DNA of 64,000 nt, taken from positions 3,830,153-3,894,152 of the forward strand of contig MU055753.1 of the NCBI GenBank assembly GCA_013239625.1, given 5' to 3'. The notes beneath the pieces are model-generated. The model had not been told where the DNA came from, did no database searches, and was given only the letters and a program-made list of their open reading frames with translations. The position numbers and the translations under genes were made by a program. This stretch comes from Lama guanicoe (Eukaryota). Positions 12,001 through 24,966 of the stretch are shown here, piece after piece; position 1 is the first letter of the stretch; the number at the start of each line of letters is the position of its first letter.

Positions 12001-14153
12001 AATGCAGAAGAGACCGCAAAGCTCACTGAGGAGAGTGCAGACAGGCCTGCGAGAATGGGGCCACAAGGCACTGGGAAGGAAGGCAGCAGTGGGCCCCAGC
12101 CTTGCCCACTTGCAAGAGGAAAGCCACATCAACTGCTGTAGCCCACCACCCTACCCTGGGCCCCAGCACCCCTTCCCAGATGGAAAGTTTGAGGCCACTA
12201 GGTGCCCTAATCAGACCCTCCCACACTGCTCTGGGACTTTGGGACAGCCTCCCTTGCAAGCACCACTCTGCTGAGTTCACCTCCCCAGATGCAGCATCAG
12301 GCCTCCCTCTCCCACTGAGCTCCATGGGCCCTGCAGGCCTGAACCTAGGTCCCCAGTGGCCCCACAGGCCCACCTGCCTCAGGAAGGGAACAGCTCTTCT
12401 GAACTGGTTCGGAGAATGGTTCTGAGCTGTCACTTGGAAACCTTGGCAGGGTGGAGGGAGAGTCAGTTCCCAGGGACCACCCTGCCCTCCCTGCACCCAG
12501 CCTCCCTCAGAACAAGCAGAGCCGCTCACCGGATGTGAATGTAGTGGTCATGCCACCTCTCCCCTTTTGGCACTGGGAATGCCATTTCTCGAGGTACAGG
12601 GGTGACAGGCAGCTTTGCCCTCCGGGCTTCAGCAATGGTGACAGCTACGAAAAGTGGAGTTTTTCCAGGTCCAGGGAAGCCCACCCAGCTCACTTTCCCA
12701 GCCCAGGCAAGACTCGACACCGGGTGCTGGCAGGGTATTGCTCAGCCACCGGCCCAGCCACCACCTTCCTCAATGGGTGCCTTGGGAGCTAGGAGGCTCC
12801 AAGGTGGTATTTCATCAAGTATCAGGGATGTGGACCCCTTCTGGGCTGAGAACCTGGGGGGAAGGAGGGTGGGGAGGCCAACATACAGAGAGTCACTGGA
12901 GCAGGCGGGTGGCAGGCTAAACACAGGGCGTGGAGGGTAGCCCGTACCTGGGTCAAAGCACAGGTCACTGGTGTAGAGGTTCCTAACTAGCAGGTTGGCA
13001 CACAGCCTGATGCTCTTGAGGTGACTGTAGCACCGGTTCAGGTAGACCAGGAGGATGTCATGCAGGTCGAGCTGCAGGCAGGTCCAGCGGGTACCGGCAG
13101 GGATCATACCTGCCAGGTCTACAGGACACAAACCGAGGTCAGCGTCTACTCTTTCACCAGCCAGCCCACAGCACTCTCTGTCCTTGGCCTGGCCCTACGT
13201 CTATGGACACAGCCACCTGCCCCCCAACCCAGGCTGCCCCTGGCCATTCAAGAGGGAGCCTGCCCCACCGCCCCCTGGGCTTTCTAGCTGCCTGTCTCAG
13301 ACCGTCTGTGTCCCATTCATGCCCTATCGGTGTATTACCTTTCCTGGACCTCCCAGCCTCAAAGATAAAAGGGAACTGAAGCCACGTGGCTGTTGATTTG
13401 AATTCTTTGAAGAGATTGGAGAAGGACACTCGGATGACCTGACTGTCCTGTGGGGACACAATACAGCCGTGAAAAGTTTAGGCAACAGTAGTGCAGGGTC
13501 CCCAGAGGCAGCCCCTGCTCCCCAGCTTAGCACCTCAGTGGACACATCCAGGTGAATGATGAAGTGCTTGGTGGGCAAGGGCCGAAAGAGCACGTACAGG
13601 TATCGTCCTGTCAGCCCCAGTGACTGAGTGCTGGTTTTGGGGAGCTGGATGTAATTGCCAGCAGAAACAGAGCCCCGAACTCGATACACGGTGCACTTCA
13701 GGGTCTTGTCCTGGAGAGAGACATGAGAGGCGCGGTGTCCCGAAGAGACCTAGGGAGCGCCAGGGGAGATGCAGCAAAGCGTCCCAGGAGAGGAGGCCTC
13801 CGGCTCCCGCTGCCAGGTGTCCTGGCCCACATACCGTCACGGGCGCCACGTCGCCCTCCTTAGTGGACCGCTTCCACTCATCCACCTTGAAGTGTCTGAA
13901 GACGTTGAGGAACGGGTGCTGCCACGCTGGGGGATACGGAGACATGACGACCTGCTCCCAGGTGCCAGACCCATCAAGGGACCAGGGAGGGGCTGGGGCA
14001 GGGTCTGCGCGCTCCCCAGCGATGACAGCAAGCACAGCGCGCGTACTGGGCTCCGCACAAGTCTCTGCACCAGCCTGTCCGCGGCAGTGCCGGACCTCGG
14101 ACCCTAGACCCCGGCCCCCAGCCCGCCAGCCGCGCGCCGTTACCTCGCGCCAT
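57..14153 (-). CDS. WDR90: WD repeat-containing protein 90 (centriolar POC16 orthologue); 5' part of a multi-exon CDS that continues past position 1
   Basis: Spliced translation starts MARAWQHPFLNVFRHFKVDEWKRS (CFA20/DUF667 domain) and continues through WD40 repeats matching recalled human WDR90. Exons read by hand with consistent phase: 14144-14153, 13835-13926, 13534-13710, 13339-13447, 12948-13118, 12530-12644, 12374-12441, 11893-11996, 11606-11815, (11391-11453 optional), 11089-11157, 10394-10504, 10164-10309, 10035-10092, 9434-9552, 9196-9339, 8976-9106, 8787-8903, 8233-8468, 7881-8020, 7524-7654, 6878-7008, 6401-6562, 6092-6220, 5747 or 5762-5877, 5623-5663, 5307-5438, 4574-4671, 3862-3964, 3541-3662, 3202-3361, 2919-3109, 2662-2830, 2433-2544, 2126-2297, 57-179. 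About 1475 codons in frame with no stop. Confidence 0.96.
900..1320 (+). mobile_element. Old L1M-type LINE 3' end fragment in a WDR90 intron
   Basis: Typical L1M 3'UTR wording (gcaataaaaaggagtaaagc...ggaccttgaaaacatgatgc...aaaagccagac...aaattatacttcaatataaagctgtt) followed by an A-rich tail. Boundaries approximate. Confidence 0.7.
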
Positions 14154-14650
14154 GGCGCCGCCGCTCACGCTTCCCGCCTCTGACGCCGCGCTCCCGACGC
14201 AAAGCACGCAGCGTGCGCCTAGCAACGGCCGCCTAGCAACGGCGCCACTTCTGCCGTCACGGCGCAGGGCACGTGACCGCGCCTCAGGGGCGGGGCCTGG
14301 CGCGTGACCCGACAGGACAGGGTGACACGTGACCGCGCGGCGGCGAAGGGGGGGGGGTTGGCTTGGCACGTGACCGCAGCGGGGCTGGACCGGACACGTG
14401 ACTACGCAGCGGGCGGAACATCCTCCTCACCTGCAGCGTCCCGGGACGCCCCAGGACCTTGGCAGGCCACTACCTCTCCGCTACCGGAAGGTGCCTCTGC
14501 CGCCTGGCCTCTGCAGCCAGTCCCAAGCCGGGACCCCGTGGGGAGGCTCCTGCACGACCCGCTGTGGGACCCAGAGACGTTCCTAACTCTCTGTGGGGCC
14601 CATCTTTATATTGGGAATGAGACGCACTCCAAAAACTGTGGGCTGCGCTT
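13650..14650. promoter_or_regulatory. CpG island / WDR90 promoter with RFX half-sites and a CACGTGAC cluster
   Basis: CpG-dense region around exon 1. CCTAGCAAC at 14218-14226 and 14232-14240; CACGTGAC at 14270, 14326, 14367 and 14395, CGCGTGAC at 14301; GC box near 14287. Confidence 0.8.
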
Positions 14651-15227
14651 GGCAGGGGTCGTTCCACACCTACCCTGTTTCCTAGCTCTCTATAGGCAGC
14701 GTCCACAATAGGGGTACTAACACTTCATCCTGTGTCAACCGCACCCAAAGGTCACCTTGCCCCCCAGGCAAAGCAGTATCCCACAGGACCCCAAGGGCTC
14801 CCTCCCAACCTGCGGGACAGCTTCACCCACTGTCCCACAGCCAGACCTGGGGGATTCAGAGTCAGCACCAGGCATTTCTGAGACCTGGCCCCCATCCTGG
14901 GTAACTAGGACCCCATCCCAGGACCAGTTATGTAACATCTCTCCCATCTTGAGGCCAGGTTCAGACACTTGCCAATGCCAACAAGAGGAGGAAGGGGAAG
15001 TGGGTGTCAGGTGGGGCAGGGTGGTGTCCACAGGCTTCCATACAAAATGACCTGGTCCAGAACACAGGAGGTCTGGGTAAGAGGCCAAAGGCCAGAGGTG
15101 GACAAAACTTAAGCCTTGGGGAGATGAGGCCTCAAGGGAAGTTTGGGCTGGACCTGGTACTGGGACACAATGGGCCTCCCATCCCCCCTACCAAGTAAAG
15201 GTTTCTCCCTAAGGGCAGTTTCTTAAC

Positions 15228-15233
15228 TTTATT
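15228..15233 (-). terminator. MCRIP2 polyadenylation signal AATAAA
   Basis: TTTATT on the plus strand, about 300 nt downstream of the MCRIP2 stop. Confidence 0.75.
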
Positions 15234-15531
15234 AGCCTGGAGCTCCTCCCCACCAGCCCCACGGGCTGGTCCCCGGGCACAGTGAGCAGGACTGAGGTCA
15301 GTCAGGTTCAGCCCCTGGTCCCTGGCAGCCTGGAACAGCTGGGCCAAGGGGTCAGCAAGTGCAAAAGTCCAAATGCTGGCACTTCAGGTGTGGCTGGCGC
15401 CTGGCCAGGCCCAGAGTGAAGCACGGCCTGCCGCCGTGGGTAGACAGGGCACCGTGGTCCTCTCCTGGCAGAGGGTCCAGCGTGGGGCAGGGCCAGGCCC
15501 TGCACAGGCAGCATTCCTTCTGAGGCTGCGA

Positions 15532-18500
15532 CTAGGAACAGTTGGTGATTCTGGCCAGGAACTGCTGTGCCCACCACTCATCCAGGTCAATGGGCACGAA
15601 GTCTGTGGGAGAGTAAAAGGCTGGGTGGTGATGCACCTCCCAGACTACCAGCATCCCTCCAGCCCCACCCTCTTGAGCTGACCACAGGTACATCCCCCAG
15701 ACCACAAATGTAGCAGACACTGGGAAGAATCAGGTCAGGCTCTAGTCCTCTTCCCGATCCCCTGGGATTAAAGCCTGGCTGAGCCCAGGTCAGGGTTGGA
15801 GGAGGTGGAGGGGACTCCCTGAGGACGGGGGAGGGCTCACTCTGCAGTCGGGGGTTGGGAGTCTTCTCCACATACTGCACAGGCCTCGGCCCACTCTCAC
15901 CGGCTGGGCCACCACCCAGCTGCTGCTCCACTTGCTGCCAGGCTGTGGGGAGAAGATGGTCAGGCTGAGCCAGGCCCCTGGCACCCTGTCTCCCGCCCCA
16001 GGGCCTGGTGGCCACCCTGGACCCCAGCCCAGAACTGGGAGTGGGCAGCCTGCTGGGTAGATAAACAGGCCAACAGCCTAGGAACAGCCCAGCTCTCTGG
16101 CCACTTCGAGTCAGGTTACAGTGGGAAGAGGACGAGTAGTCCAGGCCACAGCCTCGGACCTCAACACTACCTTCGGACACAAACCGGACGTTCTCCTCGT
16201 GGGCCAGTGTGTAGGTCTCCTGGGTACCCTCGAGGGATGGGGATGTGGCAGGGGGCCGCCGGCCATTCACCCGATTGAACACAAGCCTCGGCCCTGGACT
16301 GCAGAAAGGGGGAGGAGACGGTCAGCAACTGTTCCAAGCCAGGTGCTACCTGGCAGAGCTCCGGGAGAAGCCTCAGGCCACACCCACCACCCCTTGGCCA
16401 AGCTCAACCTGGGCACTTCCCTGAACCCCAGGGAAGCTACATGCACAGACAGTAGCCCAGGCCTTTCCCCTGCAAGCCTGTGCCCCCAGCAGCTCGGCTC
16501 ATACCTGCAGCCCCCAGCCCTGAGGCAGGCCCAAGACTGCAGGTGAGGGTGCGGGGAGCTCTGTGTCCCAGATCCCTAGCAGAGTTCTGGACTCAAGGCA
16601 CATAGGCTGCCTCCCAAGGGTCTCTCAGGAACCCCCATGGCCACTTGCCTCCCACCTCCCCTGGACCAGCCAGGCCCCCAGCAGCCCAGGTTCTGCCCTG
16701 AGTCACCTGGCCCCACCCCACCCACCAAGCACAGTTCTTGGTCCTTTCTCCCCAACAGAAGCCTCTCCATCTCACGACACCCCCAATGTGGGAGGAAGCT
16801 CCCAAGCAAAAGCTGGTGGCCTTTGCCATTCCCTCTCCTGGCTGCCCCAGGCCCCGCAGGGAAGAGCCCCAAGGGACAGCTCTGGTCTGGCCCAACAGCA
16901 TCAAGTGCAAAGTGGGCCATCCTGAATGGGGAGGGTGTGACTGCAACCCTGGCCCATCCCTGCAGGCCCCAGACAAGGGGCTATTCTCTTGCTCACAGGG
17001 GCAGGAATGCTGAGTGAGGAGATGGTCCTGGGTGCTGGAGCTAAGCCTGGTGGGCATTCAATGTCTAGGTGGCCACTGGGCCCATCCCAGCCAGCCAGGC
17101 CCAGGGCATTGATGGGCTGCCCTGGCTGGTGGCACCTGGCCCAGCCCTATACACATGAAGCTCGGGATAGGGCCATGGAGGGAACAGGGCCCACACCTAC
17201 AGCAGGAGGTGGGAGCCGGGAGTCCTGGGCTGCACGTGCCACTCCGCCAGGCACTCGCGGTCCCGCCGGCCTGCTCGCCATCCTGGGCTCAGGTGCCCCA
17301 CCGCCGCTCGGGGTTCCTCCTCAGTTGAGAGGGGCACTAAAATAAAGAGGAGCATCTTGAGGGGCACCGGTCCCACCAGCTCCAGGCTGACAGGGTCGTG
17401 GCCATAGAGAATGTAGAGGGGCAGGGCTCCTCTCAGGCCTGAGTTGTCCTCAACTGGGACGGCCCCTCACCTGCTCCCTCAATCCCTGCAAGGCCGTGAA
17501 CTCTAGGAAAATTTGGAGACCAGAGATCATAAAAGGGAAAAAAGGAAGACTTAGGGCCAAGAGCTATGAATCACAAGGACCTAGATGGTGTCCTGGAGGG
17601 GGCTGAGAAGGGGCCCCAGCAGGCAGGCACATGCCCAACGCCGGCTGGTAGTTACATAAGGCTACTCTGCGAGCCCTCTAGGGGAAAGGGCACGGCTCTT
17701 ATGTGCACCTTCAGAGGAACACCACCTCCCACCCTGTTCTGCGCCAGCTCCCAGGGACACTATTAGCCCCATCCCACAGCACCCCAGTCCCTGCTCAGTG
17801 CCAAGAGGGGCATTCTCTGACTTAATTTGCTTCACTACCCACCAAGGTAGACCACTGGGCTCCCAGGAACTGGGCTCAACAGGAAAGTGACCTCTCCAAG
17901 GTCACCTGTGGTGACTGGATGGCAGTATCAGAACTTAACTGTATGCTTATCTGACCCCAAAGCCTACAACCCAGTAGAGCTTCCAAGCCCCCTTCCCTAC
18001 CAGCCCATGTGCCCATCTTTCCCCACACCATCAGGTGGTCACATGGCCCCAGGTATCTTCTCCCAGAGAGTTTATATCGACTCTGTTCATCTTTCTCTCG
18101 CTGGGAGCGAGAGCTCATCAGAGGTACAGATTCGTGTGGCCTGTTGAGTGGCACCCAGACCTGTACCCAACCAGAACCTGAGCGTTGGTGGTGCACCAAG
18201 CACTCCCTTCTTCGCGGGCAAGTCTGGGTGAAGTGATTTTAGAGGGTGGTCCCCTGAGAAGGTTCAGGAGTTGGGGTGGGGGCTCCCCCTTGTGGAGGAC
18301 CTGCTGGGGGCAGCTTAGGGAAGGGGGTGTGACCTCAGCAGGAAGAGGGGACCTGTCTCGTAGCTCCTCTGCAGCTAGCAGGACACAGCACCACACAGGA
18401 CTGTGGCAGGCTGTGGGGCCAAGCACCAGCACCCCAATCCCTGGGACCTGGCTGGCTGCAGCAACTTAAGGGCTCTGCACAACTTTTCCCACCTCTCTCC

Positions 18501-20157
18501 CCAGCACCCTGACCCTGCCACAGATGCACACTGCCTTCCCCATTCCCCAGCAAAGGAGCTGTGGAGAAGAAGGCAATGGGTTTCTCCAGGTAAAAGAGTG
18601 GGAGGCTCCCTGACTGGGTGACCAGGGTGGCTACACGCCTATGCCTTGTTCCCTCCCCTGGGAGGTAGGGTGTCTGTGAGGACCAAGTCTGATGTCACAG
18701 GGCAGTGTCACAGCACAGCCCCGGTCCTGGGTAGTATTTCCCAAAGTCCCACTCACCTCCCTTCCCAGGAGGCACCTGTGGCTGGCCTAGAAACTTTTCT
18801 TCCCTAGGACCAGCCTCAAAGTGTCAACATGCTCCCTGCAGGAGGCCCCTGGGAAGGGCCTCAGCCTGGAAGGGTCCCAACACACCTGTAGCATCTTGAG
18901 CGGGGCATAAATAATGAGGGGGAAGGGAACAGCACACTGCCCCTAACCTCCTGGCCAGCCTTGGAAGCTGTCTGTCCTCGACTTGGGAAGTTGTACCAAG
19001 GCTGCCTCAGCGCTGCCTCACGGGCCCTAAGTCTGCTGCCTCCAACCACCCACAGGCAGGAGGCAGGAGTCCTCAGGCCTGGGTGGGCTTGGTCCAAAGC
19101 CCTGGGCCCAGGACTTGCACAGAATAAGTGAAACCAGAGGCCAGGGCCTGAGCCAAAAAGTTAAAGGTTAAGCCTAGGAGGATGAGGGATCTGACCTCCA
19201 GGTCACAGTCACTTGGAGGCGTAAGTGGTTGGACTGAGATTCCTACAGCAAAATTGGTCAGAAAAGGTAGAAAACCCACAACTCCAGCAACCCCTGAGCA
19301 TCTGTGGGGGGTCTCTGCACCCAGCCAGGGTGTTTGGGGTGAAGGGCAGGAGAGCAGTGGCCTGGCAGGGCCAGAGGGAACCACGTGCAGTTCTCCCCCA
19401 GCTGCTCTGCAAGCGCAGGGTTGGCAGCCTCCCGCTGCGGGCAGAGGTAGGCTTCCTGTGGGCCAGGGCCAGAGCCAGTTCCTGGGCCACCTTGCTACCG
19501 CCCTCCAGGGCGAATCCCCGGCAGCTCATCTCAAACCTTGGCCCTCGCAGCCCAAGGTCGGCCAGGGCACCTGACTCAGCCGCCTGGAGCCCCTCCGAGC
19601 CAGTCGGCTTTCTCTCGTCTTAGGGTCCGCGGGGGTACCACAGGGCTCGGAGGGGTATCCGGCCCAGGCCCCTCCGACCTAGCAAGGCGCCAGGTGAGGC
19701 GGAAACGCGAAGGTGGGGAGGCTAAGCTGCACACGCGTGCGGGGTCGGCGCGCCCCGCCCCCTCCGTGCCTGCCCGAAGCATGTGGCTAACCTTTCCTCA
19801 AGGTCACCCTCCAGGCCCCACGGCGGCCGGAGAGGGAAGAGAGGGGAGGGGAGGGCCAGTCTCCAGCCGGGGTCAGGCGTCTCACCTCGACAGGGGCCAG
19901 GGTCCCGGCGGCTGCGCCCGTGGGGGCTGCGGGGTCGACGGCGCGGGATGCCGGCATTTCAGGAGCTCTCCGAGTCTGCTCTCCACCTGCTGCTGCGTGG
20001 GACCTGCGGGCACCGGGAGGGCGCTTCAGCCGCCGCCGCGCCGGGGGAGGGGACCGCGTGCGGACCCCGGCAGGCCCTCCCTGCCCTGCCGGCCCCTCTG
20101 CGCACCTGTGCGGCGCTGCGCGACCAGCTTGCTGGGTCCCTTGGTGATGGTGTACAT
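15532..20157 (-). CDS. MCRIP2: MAPK regulated corepressor interacting protein 2 (FAM195A), 5 coding exons, 156 aa
   Basis: Exons 20106-20157, 19886-20003, 16171-16298, 15841-15942 and 15532-15602 total 471 nt. Translation MYTITKGPSKLVAQRRTGPTQQQVESRLGELLKC...HEENVRFVSEAWQQVEQQL...FVPIDLDEWWAQQFLARITNCS*. All introns GT-AG. Confidence 0.96.
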
Positions 20158-20620
20158 GGTGTGGAGGGGCCGTAGCGCGCCCTTGCCCTCACCCTCCCCG
20201 CCCGCCGGCCCGCGGCCAGATTCCGCGCCCTCCGCCCGGCTGGCACTTGGCGGGCGCCGAGGGCGCGGCCCCTTTAACGGGCGGCCGGAGTCTCGGGGAG
20301 GGGGCGGGCCCGTCACACACCCCCGGACCTTAAAGGGCCCGCGCCGAGGCACGCAGCAAGAGTGGCGCTTGGGCCTTTGGGAAGGTGGCTGGACCTGCGG
20401 CGCGGCCCGAGGCTGGGGCGGGGCGGCTGCAAGCGGCGCCCGCCCCTCGGGCTCAAGGCCAAGGCCAAGGCAGTTCCCTAAGGCCCTAGCCGCCTGTCGG
20501 CCACCGGAGGCTAGGCGAGCCAGGGGAACCCAGACGTGGCGAGGCTCCTCCAGCCCAGGCCGTCCTGGAGTCGGCAGTGATGTCAAAGGAGCCAAGGCGT
20601 TGACAGAAGCTGGGGGTGCT
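19400..20620. promoter_or_regulatory. CpG island / MCRIP2 promoter
   Basis: CpG-dense region with several GGGGCGGG boxes over exons 1-2 and upstream. Confidence 0.75.
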
Positions 20621-23039
20621 CTTTGCGGACCCTAGAAGCAAGGGTGTTTCCACGCACCTCTGAAATCCTCCGCCAAGATGCCTGGGCCAGTGTGAGGGTT
20701 CACTCTTATGGGACTTAGGGAGTCAGAGATGAGAAAAAGGCAGTTTAGCTCCCTGGGTTTGGACAGAGATGTGAGACCCTGGGAATCTCCTTGTCACCCT
20801 GTGGGACAGGAGCAGTTACTGCATTCTGCTGCATTTCAGCGTCCCATGCTGATGTGCTCCCCCAACCCCAGGGAGGCAGGGGGCCCCTTACCAGTCCAGG
20901 CGCAGCACAGGGACTGGATCCTGTGGTTGGAGAAGGTGGATGAGAAGACCCAGCTTGCTTATGTCATCCCAAAGGGGAGAAAGAGCACTTATTCCTCCCA
21001 ACCCCCAGGCCATAGGATGAGTCACCTACTGCAGTGACAGTGCCTCAAGACCATTGTCTGTGATGCCCATCGACCATGACCCCCAGGGAGCTGGGTGACC
21101 ATGACCCCAGGGAACTGGGAGGCCCAGGGAGGAGGGGCGGCTGGGCCATTGAGCCCTAATCAGCCAGGTAGCCCCTTCAGGCAGGCTCTACCCACAGGGT
21201 TCCTTCTTGAGAATTAGATGGAGGTATGCCCCTTCTTCCCAGCTCCCTGGCTGCCCCAAGCTGGAGTGGAGGGGGAGTCACAGCAGCCTGGGTTTGGAGG
21301 AGGGGGAGCCACAGCACACTTGGATTTGTGAGCCTGAGGGCCTTGTGGGTTTTGCGGGAGGCACCCATCCTCCCTGTAGTTGAGTTAAGTCCCTAAGGCC
21401 AAAAAGAAAAAAACTCTGCCCAGAGTTATCCAGGGGTTGTGGCATCTGCCTCGAGGCTAGTGGAGACAACTTTGTGCCCTGGGCTCCTGCGCTGCTCCCA
21501 CAGGTATCGGAGGAGACTGTTGGACCAGCACCAGAGTCTGGGCTCTGTCTCCACCTGGGAGCCACAGCCCAGTGAGGCTTGGAGCAAACTAGCCCAGCTT
21601 CCCCAACACCGTATCTTCAGAGCAGGCCTTGCTTGTGTAGTGTCCAAACAAGCACAGTACATGGAGAGGAGCGAGGGGTGGCTCCTGGCAGGGTAGGGGG
21701 TGGGGGAAACCAGCAGGAGGAACCCCTCACCCTACCTGCTCTGTGCTGTGTTCCTACCAGGCTACGCCATGCACCTGTGTGGGTGGCAGGGGTGACTGAG
21801 CCTGCTTGGGCACCTTCAGGGAAGCCTGCATTCCAGGGGTGGCTTAGCTGTCCTTCCTCTCATCTGCACCCCCCTCCTCATAGCCCCTTGGCTCTAAGTA
21901 CTGTCCTACTCAAGGCCGAAGAATAAGGCCCCCCTCTTCCCCAGCTGCTCCCTCTGCGGGGCCAGGCTGGGCTAGGCCTGTGACCCTGAGAGGGGAGAGC
22001 ATGTTCAGGAAGTCCAGGCCTGAGCAGCCCCCCAACAAGCTAGCCCCTCCCTGACCTGCCTTTCCACCCGAGGTGCCCATCCCTCTCCCTCTCCCCAGCC
22101 ATGTCGAGGCCAGCACAGTCCTCTATCAATCTGTACTGGCTGCCCTGGCCCCCTGGTGGCCTCAAGCATAATGCTAACTCAGTATTGCTGAGGAGACCCC
22201 ACAGGGTGAGGGGTCTGGTGTGGGGGGCCTGTGTCCTGAGAGCACGTGTTCCTGGCAGGCCCTGGGGTGGGGGAGTACCACTCCCCCAAGCTGATAGGAG
22301 CTGAGAGCTCCTCCTCTCCCAGGCACCGTTCTCAGGCCAGCATGGAGAAGGCGAAGGACAGGGCCTGTTGGTGGGCGGACAGGCCTGGCCTTTGCTTAAG
22401 TCTTCTGGTGGCTAAGGCTGCAAGGCCCTAATATCCCAGCCCTGCCAGTGGGCCTTGTCTAAGGTCAAATGTTGGGTCCAGAGCCTTTGGAAGGACTCCC
22501 AGGAAAGAGCAGCCAAACATGAGTGGTCCTGATAGGCATGAGGGGAGGAGGTACAGGACAGGTTGGGGACAGTTGGGGTTGGGGGGTGAGAGAACCCAGT
22601 GGTCCCTAAGAGACACTGAGCCAGTGCAAGGGTTATCCATAGTGAAGGAAACCCAGGTTGTGGGGGACAGACAGCAAAGCCCTGGCACTTGGAGGGGAGG
22701 AGAGGGGTGGGGCTGATCTCCCTGTGAGGGGCCTTCCCAGCCTCACTGCTCCCAGGACCCAACTGAGCACCAGACCTGCCTTGGCCTGGGGAGAGCGCCC
22801 CCAAGGGGTCAGGGTCCCAATGGGCCAGCTGCCATGAGTTCAGCTGGGATCTCCTGGTAGGGTCGGAATCTTGGTCAGCCTGGCTTTACCTGGACTACAC
22901 TGTCCATCATGGCAGTCAGCGTGCAAAGTCCTAGTAGAGACAGCATTTTGCAGCCAGCAACGTTCCCTGTTGTCAGAGAGGCTGGGAACCCATCCAAGAG
23001 TTAGAGTCAGGGGCAGTTGGACAGGAGGGAAGGGCCCTC

Positions 23040-23510
23040 CCCCAGCAGAAATAATGGTTGTCATGGTAAGGGAAGGCCTTTACCTCACAGACCCCAGTTA
23101 TCATAATAACCTCAGCATGTGACCTTCTTTAGAGTAATGATCTTTGCAGATATAATTAAAATACAGATTTTGAAATAGGCTCATCCTAGATTAGGATAGG
23201 CCCTAAATCCAGTGATGATCATCCTTGTAAGAGAAAGGAGGGCTGTTTGGACACAGAGAGACACAGAGAAGACCAGGTGAAGACAGGCAGAAACTGCAGT
23301 GAGGTGGCCACAAGCCCAGAAACTCCTGGAGCCCCCAGAAGCTGGCAGTGGTAGGAAGGATCTCCCTGTAGGGCCACTGGAGGGAGCTGACATCTTTATT
23401 TTGGACTTCTGGCCTCCAGAACATGGCCTCCAGAACAGTAAGAAAATAAATTTTTGTTTTAAGCCACCAAGCATGAGGGTAATTTGTTACAGTAGCTCTA
23501 GGAAATTAAC
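23040..23510 (+). mobile_element. MaLR (MLT1-like) solo LTR
   Basis: MLT1-type motifs atgtgaccttc...tttgcagatataatt...ttggacttctggcctccagaac...aaataaatttttgttttaagccacc...gtaatttgttacag. Boundaries approximate. Confidence 0.75.
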
Positions 23511-24144
23511 ATAGGGAGGGAAGTGGAGGGAACAGGAGGTGACTTGCCCAGGATCTAGCACTGGAGGGCTTGGGAAGAAGCTCAGACTCACATGGGGTGG
23601 GGAGGGGGTTCAGTGGGCACACAGGCCTGGACCTCAAGAGGGAAGCTGGACCCTGCCGTTGGCTCTGGACATCATGGGGCAGCACCCAGGGGCTCACTCC
23701 ACAGCCCTTTGTCAATGAGCAGGACTAGGAGAAGGTATTTCCGGCTCTATCAATAATCCCCAGAAGACACAACCCCAGGGGGTATCATACAGCACAGGCC
23801 AGGGTGTGGATGCTTCCAGGGATCCAATATTTAGCATCCCCTGGGGGTCTTGGATCCTCCCAGAGTCTGACATACATCCTTGCATCCTTGGCTTTCCTGA
23901 AAGTGTGTGCTGACACATATTCACAACAAAGGCCACTGCCCAGTTGTGTCCTGTTCCTTTGGTCCCAGGCTCGGAGCTTGGTGAGTGCTGAAGGCAGGTG
24001 TCAGTTCACACAGCAACCAATCCAGAGTAATGAATGGCAGCATATATCAACCTGAAGTCAAAGGCTGTTAAACAGAAGATGTTGCTGGTCATTTGGGCAA
24101 TTCTGAAAGCAGCACCATCCAACGTGGGGAAGCTGGGAAATGGA

Positions 24145-24966
24145 TCTGTCTCAGTCTCCTTTCCTCTTATAGAACACAGGTGTACTCACAACACTTCAGA
24201 TACCAAATGTGTGGGGTTTTCTCAGTAAGCAATTCTCCAGATCCCTTTGCACACCAACTGGGTGTCTTATGATTTAACTCAATTCGGACACAGACTGCCC
24301 AGCATCAGTGCAGACGCTACAGTTTAAGGGCTCTGTCTCACAAGACAGGCCTTACTTCAGATGCCAGCAACAAGTCCAGACTGTTACCTGTGTTTCTGGC
24401 CCACCAGCTGTAAAATGAGTTTTGTAATCCTCCTCGGGTTGCCAAAACAGCTCACAGAACTCAGGGAAACACTTTGCTTCTGTTTACTGGTTTATCATAA
24501 AGGACATGACTCAGGAAGAACTAGATGGAACAGATGCCCAGGGAAGGGGTGGGAAGGGGTGCAGATCCTCCATGCCCTCCTGGGGAGCCACCCTCTCTGC
24601 ACCACCATGAGTTTACAGATGGAAGCTCCCTGAACCCTTTCATTTCGGGTTTGTATGGAGTCTCCAGGACACAGGCATGACTGATTAAATCATCGACCAC
24701 TGGTGATTCGTTCATTCTCCAGCCCCACCCCCTCTTAGGAGTCAGAAGTCTGGAGTGGGGCAGAAAGTTCTAACCCTCTAATCACAGGGTTCCCTAGCAA
24801 CCAGCTCCCATTTCCCGAAAGTCACCTCATTGATATATACCCAAGTAAGGTTGAAAGGGGCTTGTTACGAATAAAAGATGCTCCTCTCACCCCTGGAAAT
24901 CTCCAGGGTTTTAGAAGCTCTGTGCCAGGAGCCAGGATGAAGACCAAATATATATTTCTTATTACA
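24145..24966 (-). mobile_element. MER21-like ERV solo LTR
   Basis: Reverse strand starts tgtaataagaaatatatatttggtcttcatcctggctcctggcacagagc..., resembling recalled MER21-family LTR 5' ends. Family assignment from memory. Confidence 0.6.

Noticed and set aside
19538-20635. 365-aa plus-strand ORF
   Set aside because: GC-rich shadow ORF antisense to MCRIP2 exons 1-2 inside the CpG island.
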